Shown: positions 9,816 to 18,158 of the stretch, one piece after another
Position numbering within the stretch: the first letter of the stretch is position 1
How the letters are laid out: each line of letters begins with the position of its first letter
Origin: Escherichia phage AV126
DNA length: 64,000 nt
Sequence record: OR352956.1
Direction: 5' to 3' (one strand)
Made by a program: the position numbers and the translations under genes
Notes under the pieces: generated by a model
Seen by the model: the letters and a program-made list of their open reading frames with translations, nothing else
The model's database searches: none
Told to the model about the DNA's origin: nothing

Positions 9816-10168
9816 AAATTGTACACGATGAAATTCAAATAGAAGAAAGTGACCTGATGGATTTGGATGCAGCTTTGGGGAAGGTAATCTATGCAGGAAT
9901 TAAAGCCTTCCGTGAGAAGGCAAACAATAGCACGTTTGTCATGATCCCCACTAAACTGATGCGTGTTTTGTATCCAAATAGAAGTGCGCCGTATACAGAT
10001 GAAGAAGAGGAGACAGGTAGAAGAGAGTGGTTAAATATTTTAGAAAAGATGGAGAATGCTTTTATTGATAGTGGTAATCCAGAAATCGTGTATGCTGAAG
10101 ATCAAAGGAAGGCACGGTTAGAGGGCCGTCTTTTATTCGCTAGTTATTTTGATAATCTTTGGAGCTAA
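9812..10168 (+). CDS. hypothetical protein (118 aa)
   Basis: ORF, 4-nt overlap with upstream. Confidence 0.5.
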   Translation: MKIVHDEIQIEESDLMDLDAALGKVIYAGIKAFREKANNSTFVMIPTKLMRVLYPNRSAPYTDEEEETGRREWLNILEKMENAFIDSGNPEIVYAEDQRKARLEGRLLFASYFDNLWS

Positions 10169-10170
10169 AT

Positions 10171-10347
10171 ATGTCTGAATTCTTCACAATGGCTTTCTTA
10201 GGGATCTATCTGATTATTAGTGCTGTTGGCTTAATCATGTCTCTAATAGAGGAAATGGGAATTAAGTGGAATTGTGCATTCGGTATAGCTCTTATGCTCA
10301 CTCCAGTTTGGATTTACATTTGCAAATCGGTTGAACTAATTGGTTAA
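10171..10347 (+). CDS. hypothetical small membrane protein (58 aa)
   Basis: ATG at 10171 after GGAGC; hydrophobic stretch FLGIYLIISAVGLIMSLI. Confidence 0.45.
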   Translation: MSEFFTMAFLGIYLIISAVGLIMSLIEEMGIKWNCAFGIALMLTPVWIYICKSVELIG

Positions 10348-10357
10348 TGGAGGTAAT

Positions 10358-10696
10358 ATGTTTAGTAAAGAAATGAGAGAGGTGATCGCTACTCTGGTAG
10401 TTGATCATGGTGTTGAAGTTGAGCGTCACGTTTGGAAAGATGAGCCTCCTTTCTTTGATTTGGCATCACGGGCTAAAAGTCACATGTATCTCCTTGAAGA
10501 TGATAAGGATTTTATTCTGCGTATGCGTTATGATCGAGAGTTTAGAATTCCTCTTGACACAGATCCTGATGATGTAGTATTGTGGTTGGCAGAGCATTTC
10601 GCATTTAACGCTCTACATGGAAGAAGTTTTGGTAATGAACGTTGGGATACCATTTGTCGTAAACATAATATTGAACCAGAATACGGGAGTATGTAA
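10358..10696 (+). CDS. hypothetical protein (112 aa)
   Basis: First ATG at 10358 after GGAGGT (ORF track starts at TTG 10340). Confidence 0.5.
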   Translation: MFSKEMREVIATLVVDHGVEVERHVWKDEPPFFDLASRAKSHMYLLEDDKDFILRMRYDREFRIPLDTDPDDVVLWLAEHFAFNALHGRSFGNERWDTICRKHNIEPEYGSM

Positions 10697-10947
10697 TGTT
10701 AAGCGTTAAGCCTAAGATGATCAGTGAAGACCAGAAAGATTTCATTTACAAGTGTGGACGAATCTGGAGAGAGTATACCAAGGGTAACGAGGTCGTGGTG
10801 GTTACTGAACACCAGATTGAAATCTCTGATCTTTTCGGTGATTATTTGCAAGTGATCAAATTAGGCATTGACAGAGGTTTGGTGCAGGTGTTAACATTAT
10901 CCCAAGTTGAAGCAGAACACTTAGACAAAATCATTGTCGAGTTCTAA
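10696..10947 (+). CDS. hypothetical protein (83 aa)
   Basis: ATG overlaps previous stop. Confidence 0.5.
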   Translation: MLSVKPKMISEDQKDFIYKCGRIWREYTKGNEVVVVTEHQIEISDLFGDYLQVIKLGIDRGLVQVLTLSQVEAEHLDKIIVEF

Positions 10948-10960
10948 GAGGAGAAAGAAT

Positions 10961-11125
10961 ATGATCTCTTTAGAATCAATAGCTTTTAAGAAGGGGTATA
11001 CCGCAGGGTTCAAGTTTGGTATGTTTAATAAAGTAAATCCATATTGTCCAATGACACACAAAAAGGAATTCGAAGAATGGGAAGATGGATTTTCTAAAGG
11101 CTATCAGGCAAAAGGTTGGTTGTAA
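10961..11125 (+). CDS. hypothetical protein (54 aa)
   Basis: ATG at 10961 after GAGGAGAAAG. Confidence 0.45.
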   Translation: MISLESIAFKKGYTAGFKFGMFNKVNPYCPMTHKKEFEEWEDGFSKGYQAKGWL

Positions 11126-11134
11126 GGAGAGAAT

Positions 11135-11299
11135 ATGATTTTAAACTTCATCATCAACTTGTGTTTGACATTGGGATTACTCTGTGCAATAGTATCCCCT
11201 CTGGTTGGTGAATATTGTTCTGAACTGGCGATGTTTATAGTTCTTGGTGCGGCTATTGCTAATATGTTTGTCGCTGCGATTTGTATGTTGTGGGAATAG
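11135..11299 (+). CDS. hypothetical small membrane protein (54 aa)
   Basis: ATG at 11135 after AAGGAGAG; hydrophobic throughout; below ORF-track length cut-off. Confidence 0.4.
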   Translation: MILNFIINLCLTLGLLCAIVSPLVGEYCSELAMFIVLGAAIANMFVAAICMLWE

Positions 11300-11310
11300 G
11301 AGGGAAGTTT

Positions 11311-11667
11311 ATGAAAAAATTAATCTTAGCCACATTGCTGGCTACCGTAAGCTTCACCACTTACGCTCAAAAATTTGTAGCAGTTAAAACGGATATTGGT
11401 AAAGATGTTGTGATCACAGGCAACAAGTTTTACTATACACCTGGGAATGGTGTTCTAGAAGAGTGCAAAGATGTTGAGGCATATACAGGAAAAGAAGATA
11501 ACACGGAACGTCCTTTTTATTCGATTATAGCTACTTGCAAAAATGAAATAGTAGCTATTAAACAATACAAAGATGCCCCTGGAGGAGAATACTTATTAGT
11601 CAAGAATATTAAGAGTGAAAAAACTGCAAAGTTTACAGTAATTATTTTAAAAGGAGAAACGTTCTAA
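11311..11667 (+). CDS. hypothetical secreted protein (118 aa)
   Basis: ATG at 11311 after GGAGGGAAG; signal-peptide-like MKKLILATLLATVSFTTYA. Confidence 0.55.
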   Translation: MKKLILATLLATVSFTTYAQKFVAVKTDIGKDVVITGNKFYYTPGNGVLEECKDVEAYTGKEDNTERPFYSIIATCKNEIVAIKQYKDAPGGEYLLVKNIKSEKTAKFTVIILKGETF

Positions 11668-12806
11668 TGAAATACACTATTTTTGGAGATGTAGCGGTTG
11701 TAAATAAGGAATATGGCGTTGAAGCTAATAAACTTCCTGCTGGAGTTTGGGTTGTCAACTGCGATCCGCACGGTAACTACTCTTTAGTGCGTGGCGAAAG
11801 TTTCTCTCTTCCGAACACTCTTTATGGGGAAACTAAAGACCGCGCCGCACATGTTATTAAAACATTTGCTCGTCGTAGTAAAGAAGGTAAAAATACTGGG
11901 GTGTTACTGACAGGGACAAAAGGCAGTGGTAAGACGATGTTAGCTAAACTGATTAGCATGTCTCTAATGTCCACAGAAGGTTTAGGTATTCCAACCATTT
12001 TGGTTACACAGCCTTACACAGATGCTGGCTTCTTAGAATTTATGAGTAAAATTACAGATCGTGCTGTTGTTTTATTTGACGAATTTGATAAAGTGTACGC
12101 TAAGAAAGAAGATCAGGAAGCACTGTTGACCTTGTTGGATGGAACAGGAAGTGGGAATAAACTTTACATCCTCACTAAAAATAGTGGTTATATCTCGGAA
12201 TATTTTGTAAACCGTCCTAGTCGTATCTACTACAGTTTCAATTACGATAAACTGTCTAGTGAAACTATGTTAGATTACTTGGATAAGAACTTGGTAAATA
12301 AAAAGCACGTAGATAACTTCCAACGTTTATGGGATGTTAGCACAGAGTTGTCTTTCGATGTTATTCAAGGCATTGTAGAAGAATTGAATTTCTATCCAAA
12401 AATGACTTTTAAAGAATGTCTTGAAATGATGGGTATTTCTTTAGGGAACGATGCTAAATGGAATGTGGCTTCTATCGTAGCTAATGGCAAAACCTTGAAG
12501 GTGAATTGGATCAATAACTGGCACGACTTCACCCCTACTAAGTTTTTGTCGGGTGCTTGTTCCCTGAACATCTATCTACAAAGTTTGAAAGATGATGAAG
12601 TGGAAGCAATGGAAACCAACAGTTATGTTATCCTGGATGAAGATGGTGATCCACATATTGATCTATGTGCAACGGCTGATGGTCTAACTTGTGATCTGAT
12701 TGAAGGTGGTAAGATTCTGGTTATGAGCACTACACCAGGAAACACTTTGCGAGTGGTGCTGGAGCCTGTAACACAACGTTCCACTACACTTGGTAGCGTG
12801 TTCTAA
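11667..12806 (+). CDS. P-loop NTPase (AAA-like ATPase, 379 aa)
   Basis: Walker A GTKGSGKTMLAK and Walker B-like VVLFDEFDK. Confidence 0.6.
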   Translation: MKYTIFGDVAVVNKEYGVEANKLPAGVWVVNCDPHGNYSLVRGESFSLPNTLYGETKDRAAHVIKTFARRSKEGKNTGVLLTGTKGSGKTMLAKLISMSLMSTEGLGIPTILVTQPYTDAGFLEFMSKITDRAVVLFDEFDKVYAKKEDQEALLTLLDGTGSGNKLYILTKNSGYISEYFVNRPSRIYYSFNYDKLSSETMLDYLDKNLVNKKHVDNFQRLWDVSTELSFDVIQGIVEELNFYPKMTFKECLEMMGISLGNDAKWNVASIVANGKTLKVNWINNWHDFTPTKFLSGACSLNIYLQSLKDDEVEAMETNSYVILDEDGDPHIDLCATADGLTCDLIEGGKILVMSTTPGNTLRVVLEPVTQRSTTLGSVF

Positions 12807-12812
12807 TAAAGA

Positions 12813-12835
12813 TGCCCCGCAAGGGGCATTTGTTA
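12813..12835 (+). terminator. terminator-like hairpin
   Basis: GATGCCCCGCAAGGGGCATTTGTT after stop of ATPase gene; weak T-tract. Confidence 0.45.
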
Positions 12836-12894
12836 TGGAGGGATTTTAGTTATTCTTTTGTTGTAGGCTCGCACTAATAGCTAAAGGGGGAGGT

Positions 12895-14355
12895 GTGCCA
12901 AAAATAGTCACTTGGGAACAATATAAAACAGATATAAAACAAGCTTATCAAGGTAAGTCTTGGACTGTTGTAGATTATATTGAGCCGTGGAACGGCAATA
13001 AAACTAAACTTAGATGCATCTGTGCTCTGCATGGAGAATGGAAAACAACAAGCATAAATACCGCTAAACTAGGGAGGGGTTGTCCAGAATGCGGTAGGGA
13101 GATTATAAGTAAAGCAGTATCTATAAACAAATCAAAAACCTGGGAGCAATATAAAGAAGAAGTGCAAACCGCTTACAATCAGGCAGGTAAGTTTTGGACT
13201 GTTACAGGATGGCACGGAGAATGGAAAGGATGGAATACTAAACTGGTTTGTTGTTGTGCTTTACATGGGGAGTGGAGGTCTACTTCTATATCTTCTGCGA
13301 AAAACGGGAGTGGATGCAGGAAGTGTATGGGAGAAGCAAACAGAGAAAGAACATCGATTGCATGGGAGAAACATAAAGAAGAAGTAGAAGAAGCTTATAA
13401 AGAAAAACCCTGGATTGTTAGAGGCTATGTGGAACCGTGGAACGGTTCCCGCACTAAGTTGATTTGTGAGTGTAAGGTTCATGGTCAATGGTGCACTACC
13501 ACTGTAAACAGTGCTAAACAAGGGACTGGATGCTACAGTTGTCAAAGAGAAATGACGAAACAAAGGAATACAATGGAGGATAAACAACATGTTGAAGATT
13601 TTATAAAAGCTTGTCCTGATAATGTAGAGCGTAAATATTATCGTAGCGATAGAGTAGATAGATTAGGTCGTCAGGTTTACTGGATTGTAGAATGTCCTAT
13701 ATGTGCAGAGGATGATTATTGTAAAGAAGGCTTATGCGATAATAAATTTGAGATGAAGATGAGTCATTTGAAAAGGGGTGGCCTTCCTTGCCGTTGTTCT
13801 AAATATTATCATTACACTCCTGAACAATGGGCCTACCGTATGACCAAAGCTTGCCAGGAACGAGGGGATCAATTTATAGGATTCATTGATAAGGTAAGCA
13901 ATAACAGCAAGTTTAAATATCTATGTAGGGAGCATGGAGAGCAAACGATCACACCTACCGATTATCTCAATGGGAAAGGTTGTCCAGGCTGTAAGAACAG
14001 AAATATGCAAGAATTTTACATCAATATTATTCTTGATGAGTACGGAGAAGACACGGGAGCTTACAAGTTGGGGATTGCAAAGGACAGTGATATCAGGATC
14101 AAAGGGCAGAATGCAAACAACAATTACTTTATGCGCCGTATAGCATTGTTCGATCTGCCGTCCTACCAAGCTTGCAGGGCGTTAGAGAGTAAGCTAAAGT
14201 CTAAGACTGATCAGATTCTACCGTCTATTGGCTGTGTAGAACGCTTGCACATGAAAGATGGTCATAGTGAAACCTTCCTGCGCGAGGATTTGGCTATCGT
14301 CTTAAGTGCTATCAACCAAGCAGGTGGAATAATGAGAGAGGAGGAAACATGTTAG
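12895..14355 (+). CDS. protein with tandem Cys/His zinc-ribbon-like repeats (486 aa)
   Basis: GTG start after AAAGGGGGAGG; three or more repeats of a ~70-aa module W..YK..AY....W.V..Y.EPWNG..TKL.C.C..HGEW.TTS.N.AK.G.GC..C. Confidence 0.55.
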   Translation: MPKIVTWEQYKTDIKQAYQGKSWTVVDYIEPWNGNKTKLRCICALHGEWKTTSINTAKLGRGCPECGREIISKAVSINKSKTWEQYKEEVQTAYNQAGKFWTVTGWHGEWKGWNTKLVCCCALHGEWRSTSISSAKNGSGCRKCMGEANRERTSIAWEKHKEEVEEAYKEKPWIVRGYVEPWNGSRTKLICECKVHGQWCTTTVNSAKQGTGCYSCQREMTKQRNTMEDKQHVEDFIKACPDNVERKYYRSDRVDRLGRQVYWIVECPICAEDDYCKEGLCDNKFEMKMSHLKRGGLPCRCSKYYHYTPEQWAYRMTKACQERGDQFIGFIDKVSNNSKFKYLCREHGEQTITPTDYLNGKGCPGCKNRNMQEFYINIILDEYGEDTGAYKLGIAKDSDIRIKGQNANNNYFMRRIALFDLPSYQACRALESKLKSKTDQILPSIGCVERLHMKDGHSETFLREDLAIVLSAINQAGGIMREEETC

Positions 14356-14714
14356 TTGACGTTCAAATTATGCGCAACGAAAGAATGGACTTCTTTGAAG
14401 CAGTAGAGAAACATCTGATCCGATGGGACTATGAATTTGTTCCTGCTGGATGTGGACCAGTAGAGCATTTAGCGGAAGACGACGATGTATACATGATCAT
14501 TCGTCAAGTGTACCAGACAGACCAGTGTGAAGAAACTCCCGAACTGATTTTGTTTGAGTGTAAAGATCTTGCAAAATATTTTGACTATGGCGGAAAAGAG
14601 GGTCATAATCTCTCCAGATACAATAAACGTCTACTTATCTTAGACTACATGCGGAACAACAAACACAAACTCATCGACGCAGACGCAGTTTATGGCTACT
14701 GGTGGATGGACTAA
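14349..14714 (+). CDS. hypothetical protein (121 aa)
   Basis: ORF with GAGGAGG SD. Confidence 0.5.
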   Translation: MLVDVQIMRNERMDFFEAVEKHLIRWDYEFVPAGCGPVEHLAEDDDVYMIIRQVYQTDQCEETPELILFECKDLAKYFDYGGKEGHNLSRYNKRLLILDYMRNNKHKLIDADAVYGYWWMD

Positions 14715-14727
14715 CAAAGGAGAAACT

Positions 14728-14907
14728 ATGGCACGTTTAGCAGATCATGAAATCTTTAAACCTATTCTGAACCACTATGATGAACTTAAAGCAGTGTTGG
14801 ATTGTTATAGAGAGGATGAAGAACGTTTGGAAGTCAATCTTAAGATAGTTCTGATGAAAGCTTTTCAAGACGGGCAAGCTAAAGTTTTAGAAGGCATGAA
14901 AAAATGA
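14728..14907 (+). CDS. hypothetical protein (59 aa)
   Basis: ATG at 14728 after AAGGAGAAA. Confidence 0.45.
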   Translation: MARLADHEIFKPILNHYDELKAVLDCYREDEERLEVNLKIVLMKAFQDGQAKVLEGMKK

Positions 14908-15446
14908 GAATAACTGATGAATATGTATTCTTCTTTTCACATAAAGATGTGTTTAGTAATTGGTATATTGCACCCTTTACAGAAACTGAACTAGGTTACA
15001 ATGAGACTTTCTGTTGTGTTGAGCAATATATGATGTGGCGTAAGGCTTTGCTGTTCAAGGATCATGCGATTGCAGCAGCTATCCTTGATCACTCAACTAT
15101 ACGTGACAACGAGAGGAAACAAGCATACTACAAACGTATGGGTCGAGCGGTATCTGGTTTTAATAATGATATGTGGGAAGAGAACCGTGAGCGTATTGTT
15201 ATGCGAGGCTTATGCTTGAAATATGTACAGAATCCAGATTTGTATGCAGACTTACACCTTTACCAATACAAAACGTTTGTTGAAGCAAGCCCCTACGATA
15301 AGGTTTACGGAATTGGAATGGGGATGTATGAACCAGGGGTGCTAAACCCTGCTACCTGGAAAGGGCAGAATCTTTTAGGCAAATATCATAATAAACTGAT
15401 CGAAATACTTTTCCCAGACAAAATACCGCAAAGACGATATTTGTGA
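14904..15446 (+). CDS. NADAR-domain protein (YbiA/DUF1768-like, 180 aa)
   Basis: FFFSHKDVFSNWY..., CVEQYMMWRKALLF, RMGRAV and C-terminal EASPYDKVYGIGMG match the NADAR pattern. Confidence 0.7.
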   Translation: MRITDEYVFFFSHKDVFSNWYIAPFTETELGYNETFCCVEQYMMWRKALLFKDHAIAAAILDHSTIRDNERKQAYYKRMGRAVSGFNNDMWEENRERIVMRGLCLKYVQNPDLYADLHLYQYKTFVEASPYDKVYGIGMGMYEPGVLNPATWKGQNLLGKYHNKLIEILFPDKIPQRRYL

Positions 15447-15501
15447 TATTTTAACTTTTTTCATTTTTAGAACAAAGGTGTCACTTTGTAGCACAGAAAT
15501 A

Positions 15502-15537
15502 AGGCTCCTACAGCACCGTAGAGAGCCTGTTATTTTG
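15502..15537 (+). terminator. rho-independent terminator candidate
   Basis: AGGCTCCTACAGCACCGTAGAGAGCCT hairpin followed by GTTATTTTG, downstream of NADAR gene. Confidence 0.55.
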
Positions 15538-15670
15538 TCCTATACAAACCCTTGTCTTTTTCAGTTTGCATCACTAGGATTCGATCTGAGTGGGTTCCTG
15601 AAGGTCTGCCAATAAGATTAAAGGTTATCTCAAATTCCCACTACCTATTATCTCAAAAATCCCTCAAATT

Positions 15671-15737
15671 ATTTAAACTTTTTAAGAATTTACAAAAGTG
15701 AAAGTTGAAAACCAAAATTTAAAGTTTAGGAAAAATT
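15671..15737. repeat. ~67-bp AT-rich direct repeat, copy 1
   Basis: ATTTAAACTTTTTAAGAATTTACAAAAGTGAAAGTTGAAAACCAAAATTTAAAGTTTAGGAAAAATT; about 80% identical to copy at 15809-15875. Confidence 0.7.
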
Positions 15738-15808
15738 ATCTTAGAATGTTAGATACAAACAAAACTCAAAAGTCAAGGAAAATTTTAAAAATTTTGCGCG
15801 CCCACAGT

Positions 15809-15875
15809 ATTTAAAGTTTTTTTGCTTTTACAAAAATGAAAGTACAAAAGCAAAATTTAAAGTTTACAAAAATTT
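15809..15875. repeat. ~67-bp AT-rich direct repeat, copy 2
   Basis: ATTTAAAGTTTTTTTGCTTTTACAAAAATGAAAGTACAAAAGCAAAATTTAAAGTTTACAAAAATTT. Confidence 0.7.
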
Positions 15876-15908
15876 ATGCAGGTGGGAATGAGAAGAGTTC
15901 TCATGTGG

Positions 15909-15935
15909 AAATGCAAATGATAATGATTCGCATTT
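15909..15935. promoter_or_regulatory. Fur-box-like palindromic operator
   Basis: AAATGCAAATGATAATGATTCGCATTT; core TGATAATgATTcgCA matches the 7-1-7 Fur consensus TGATAATnATTATCA at 12/14. Confidence 0.45.
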
Positions 15936-15951
15936 AAGTTTATAAACGAGA

Positions 15952-15993
15952 TTGATTCTTATTCAATAAGGTAAATGATAATCATTCTCATTT
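15952..15993 (+). promoter_or_regulatory. sigma70-like promoter overlapped by Fur-box-like operator
   Basis: TTGATT -35, 17-nt spacer, ATGATA/GATAAT -10 region; operator AAATGATAATCATTCTCATTT (13/14 to 7-1-7 Fur consensus) overlaps the -10. Confidence 0.5.
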
Positions 15994-16221
15994 AGAGAAT
16001 GACGCGCAGGGGCGGTGTTTGTCTCGCGCTCCCGTGTCCCCTCGCCATGTAATAAGAATAACAGATCCAACCAGGAAAGCAAGCGATTATTTTATCTTTA
16101 CATTTCTTTACAAATATATAGCGCCCAGCCTACCGGCGATCAACCTTCCAACCAGCGCCCCTGGTATGTTAGCCCCGCCTTTACGCCGTGGGGTGGCGCT
16201 TCCTCTTCTGTATGTAAAACA

Positions 16222-16262
16222 GTATAAGCCCGATCCCTGGGCTTGTCAAGATTATTTTTTGT
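16222..16262. terminator. hairpin plus T-run (possible bidirectional terminator)
   Basis: AAGCCCGATCCCTGGGCTT then GTCAAGATTATTTTTTGTTTTC; just beyond stop of minus ORF 16252..16518; minus sense also reads TTGACA-17-TATACT. Confidence 0.4.
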
Positions 16263-16518
16263 TTTCTTGCCAGGATAGGACACCTAACCAAAAATGCATA
16301 TCGCCCCGCGCCGCTGGCGGGATCTTGCTTTCCCCGCCGCCACTGCAAGCCCATAAATAACCATCAGCAAACGGATCAAAATGTTCTATCTCTTCCACTT
16401 TATGATCGCCCAGGTTGAGAACGGTTTCAACCTTTAAGCCCGTTGCGCTTGCTACCTGGTGCACCGTGCCGCCTTGCCAGCCCAATGAGTGCATAAGGTG
16501 TAATGTAGTATTTGTCAT
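16252..16518 (-). CDS. hypothetical protein (88 aa) in GC-rich island
   Basis: Only minus-strand ORF in the plus-oriented region; GC-rich codon usage unlike flanks; GGCGATACC upstream of ATG. Confidence 0.45.
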   Translation of the reverse strand: MTNTTLHLMHSLGWQGGTVHQVASATGLKVETVLNLGDHKVEEIEHFDPFADGYLWACSGGGESKIPPAARGDMHFWLGVLSWQENKK

Positions 16519-16626
16519 GGTATCGCCCTTTCTTTGATGTGCGCCCTGGTTGGCGCGGTAGAAAGATAATAGCCCTTTTCTTTATATATAGCAAGCAAAA
16601 AGAAAATAAAAAAGATTGAAAAATGG

Positions 16627-16686
16627 TTGACGTTAACCAGGCGGCGGCGTAGTATTCATCTTATAGGGCGGCAATGGTGCCGCTCA
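16627..16686 (+). promoter_or_regulatory. PeSL-like cassette 1
   Basis: TTGACG / TAGTAT / hairpin GGGCGGCAATGGTGCCGCTC; ORF at 16705. Confidence 0.55.
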
Positions 16687-16704
16687 CTATTTGGAGTTAA
16701 GATC

Positions 16705-16902
16705 ATGGCAACATTGCACATTGTGGCGAAAGCTGGACAAATCAACGTAGTGGTAAACGGTTTTACTGAGTTCAGTCACCCCCAGGATGATCATGAAACG
16801 GTTTTATCTTTCATTGATTCCCTGTTAGAAATGGGAGTCATTACAGAAGACCAGCACGCTACAAAATGCAAGCGCGTTAATCAAATTGCAGGAATAGAAT
16901 AA
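16705..16902 (+). CDS. hypothetical small protein (65 aa)
   Basis: ATG at 16705 after GGAG, directly downstream of PeSL-like cassette. Confidence 0.5.
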   Translation: MATLHIVAKAGQINVVVNGFTEFSHPQDDHETVLSFIDSLLEMGVITEDQHATKCKRVNQIAGIE

Positions 16903-16908
16903 AAACTA

Positions 16909-16968
16909 TTGACAACAAACAACAACCTGATAAGATGTATCACATAGGGCGGGAAGTGGTTTCCCGCT
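16909..16968 (+). promoter_or_regulatory. PeSL-like cassette 2
   Basis: TTGACA / TGaTAAGAT / hairpin GGGCGGGAAGTGGTTTCCCGC; ORF at 16993. Confidence 0.65.
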
Positions 16969-16992
16969 CGTAACAGAAGAGAGATTATCATC

Positions 16993-17265
16993 ATGGCATC
17001 ATATAGCGCAACAATGATCGTAGCTGGCACAACTGGTAAACCTATGAGCGGTGGCGGATCTTTCGCTAATATCAATATTGACGGGCGTTTATCCCTGGAC
17101 GCAGCGATCGCTATTGCACGGGAAACATTTAAGAAAGAATGTAATTTCAACAAGCAAGATTATCTCGGTTTCGCTATTGAAAAAACCGCGCGCTTTGTTG
17201 ATTATAAAAGCCCGAAAATGGTTGATACTACACTAAAAGCGCAAGATGTAGCGTTTTTGCTTTAA
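16993..17265 (+). CDS. hypothetical protein (90 aa)
   Basis: Downstream of PeSL-like cassette. Confidence 0.55.
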   Translation: MASYSATMIVAGTTGKPMSGGGSFANINIDGRLSLDAAIAIARETFKKECNFNKQDYLGFAIEKTARFVDYKSPKMVDTTLKAQDVAFLL

Positions 17266-17268
17266 GGC

Positions 17269-17325
17269 TTGACATTAACGAATAATTTGTTAATATGTTA
17301 CATAAAGCGGGAATAGTTCCCGCTA
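17269..17325 (+). promoter_or_regulatory. PeSL-like cassette 3
   Basis: TTGACA / TAATAT / hairpin AGCGGGAATAGTTCCCGCT; ORF at 17342. Confidence 0.65.
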
Positions 17326-17341
17326 TTTGTAAGGTGGTAGA

Positions 17342-17599
17342 ATGTTTTACATCAAATTAAAAGGTCACGTGATCGCGTTCAAAGATAACGCTTTTTACAG
17401 ATTAGCAAAATATGCGTTAATACATCCCCACTATGTTTATATAAGGGGGCGTGATGAAATAAATATCTTTGATCAAACAACATGCGAGAACATCGAGATC
17501 CGCAAGGTTGGCGTACGTGATTATCGTACATCTTTCTACCCTTGCAAGGATTCAGCAAGTCTTTTTAAAGTATGCCAATTGTTGAAAAAAGGTGGTTAA
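17342..17599 (+). CDS. hypothetical protein (85 aa)
   Basis: Downstream of PeSL-like cassette. Confidence 0.55.
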   Translation: MFYIKLKGHVIAFKDNAFYRLAKYALIHPHYVYIRGRDEINIFDQTTCENIEIRKVGVRDYRTSFYPCKDSASLFKVCQLLKKGG

Positions 17600-17600
17600 T

Positions 17601-18158
17601 ATGGGCCGCGAATATGTGATCCAGTCTTGGGTAAAACATGAAGCAGATGATCCGCGCATCATTCCCGATCATCTTATCGATGAATCCACGGGATATAGCG
17701 GTGAGCAAATAGGTAACAGATTAGCACGTAGTAACGGCAACGTAAAAGCGCGTTATGTGCGCCCTGGCTGGCTGGCAAATGGTAACGCTGATTTATCCAG
17801 TGCGGAAGATGCAAGCGACGGCGCGAAAGATAATCCTTTGTACAAAATTGATCCGGCTTTTCGTGTCCTGGATGAATACCCCAGCAAGATAGCGGCGCTT
17901 GATGAAGCATTGGAAAGTAAGCGCATCACCTGGACCGCTTACAACATGGCAAAAAACGTACTTGATGGTAAATTGATTCAAGCTGAAAGAAAATTAGCCA
18001 AAATTGCAGCCATAGCCCAGGAGGAAGACGAGGAGACAACGGAAGAGGAAGAGTACGAAGAGATCCCGCCGTTGTTGTGTATTGATGCTTTTCCTGATTA
18101 TCAGCCGACAGAGGAAGAAAAAAGGATCGCACTAGAAAACTTTGAAAATAGTCTTTGA
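17601..18158 (+). CDS. hypothetical acidic protein (185 aa)
   Basis: ATG at 17601 after AAGGTGG; its TGA stop lies inside the next TTGACA -35. Confidence 0.55.
   Translation: MGREYVIQSWVKHEADDPRIIPDHLIDESTGYSGEQIGNRLARSNGNVKARYVRPGWLANGNADLSSAEDASDGAKDNPLYKIDPAFRVLDEYPSKIAALDEALESKRITWTAYNMAKNVLDGKLIQAERKLAKIAAIAQEEDEETTEEEEYEEIPPLLCIDAFPDYQPTEEEKRIALENFENSL

Noticed and set aside
11667-12806. P-loop ATPase as the HslU partner of the HslV-like protein
   Set aside because: Walker A context (GTKGSGKT) and size do not resemble HslU/ClpX, and the gene is 43 kb away on the other strand.
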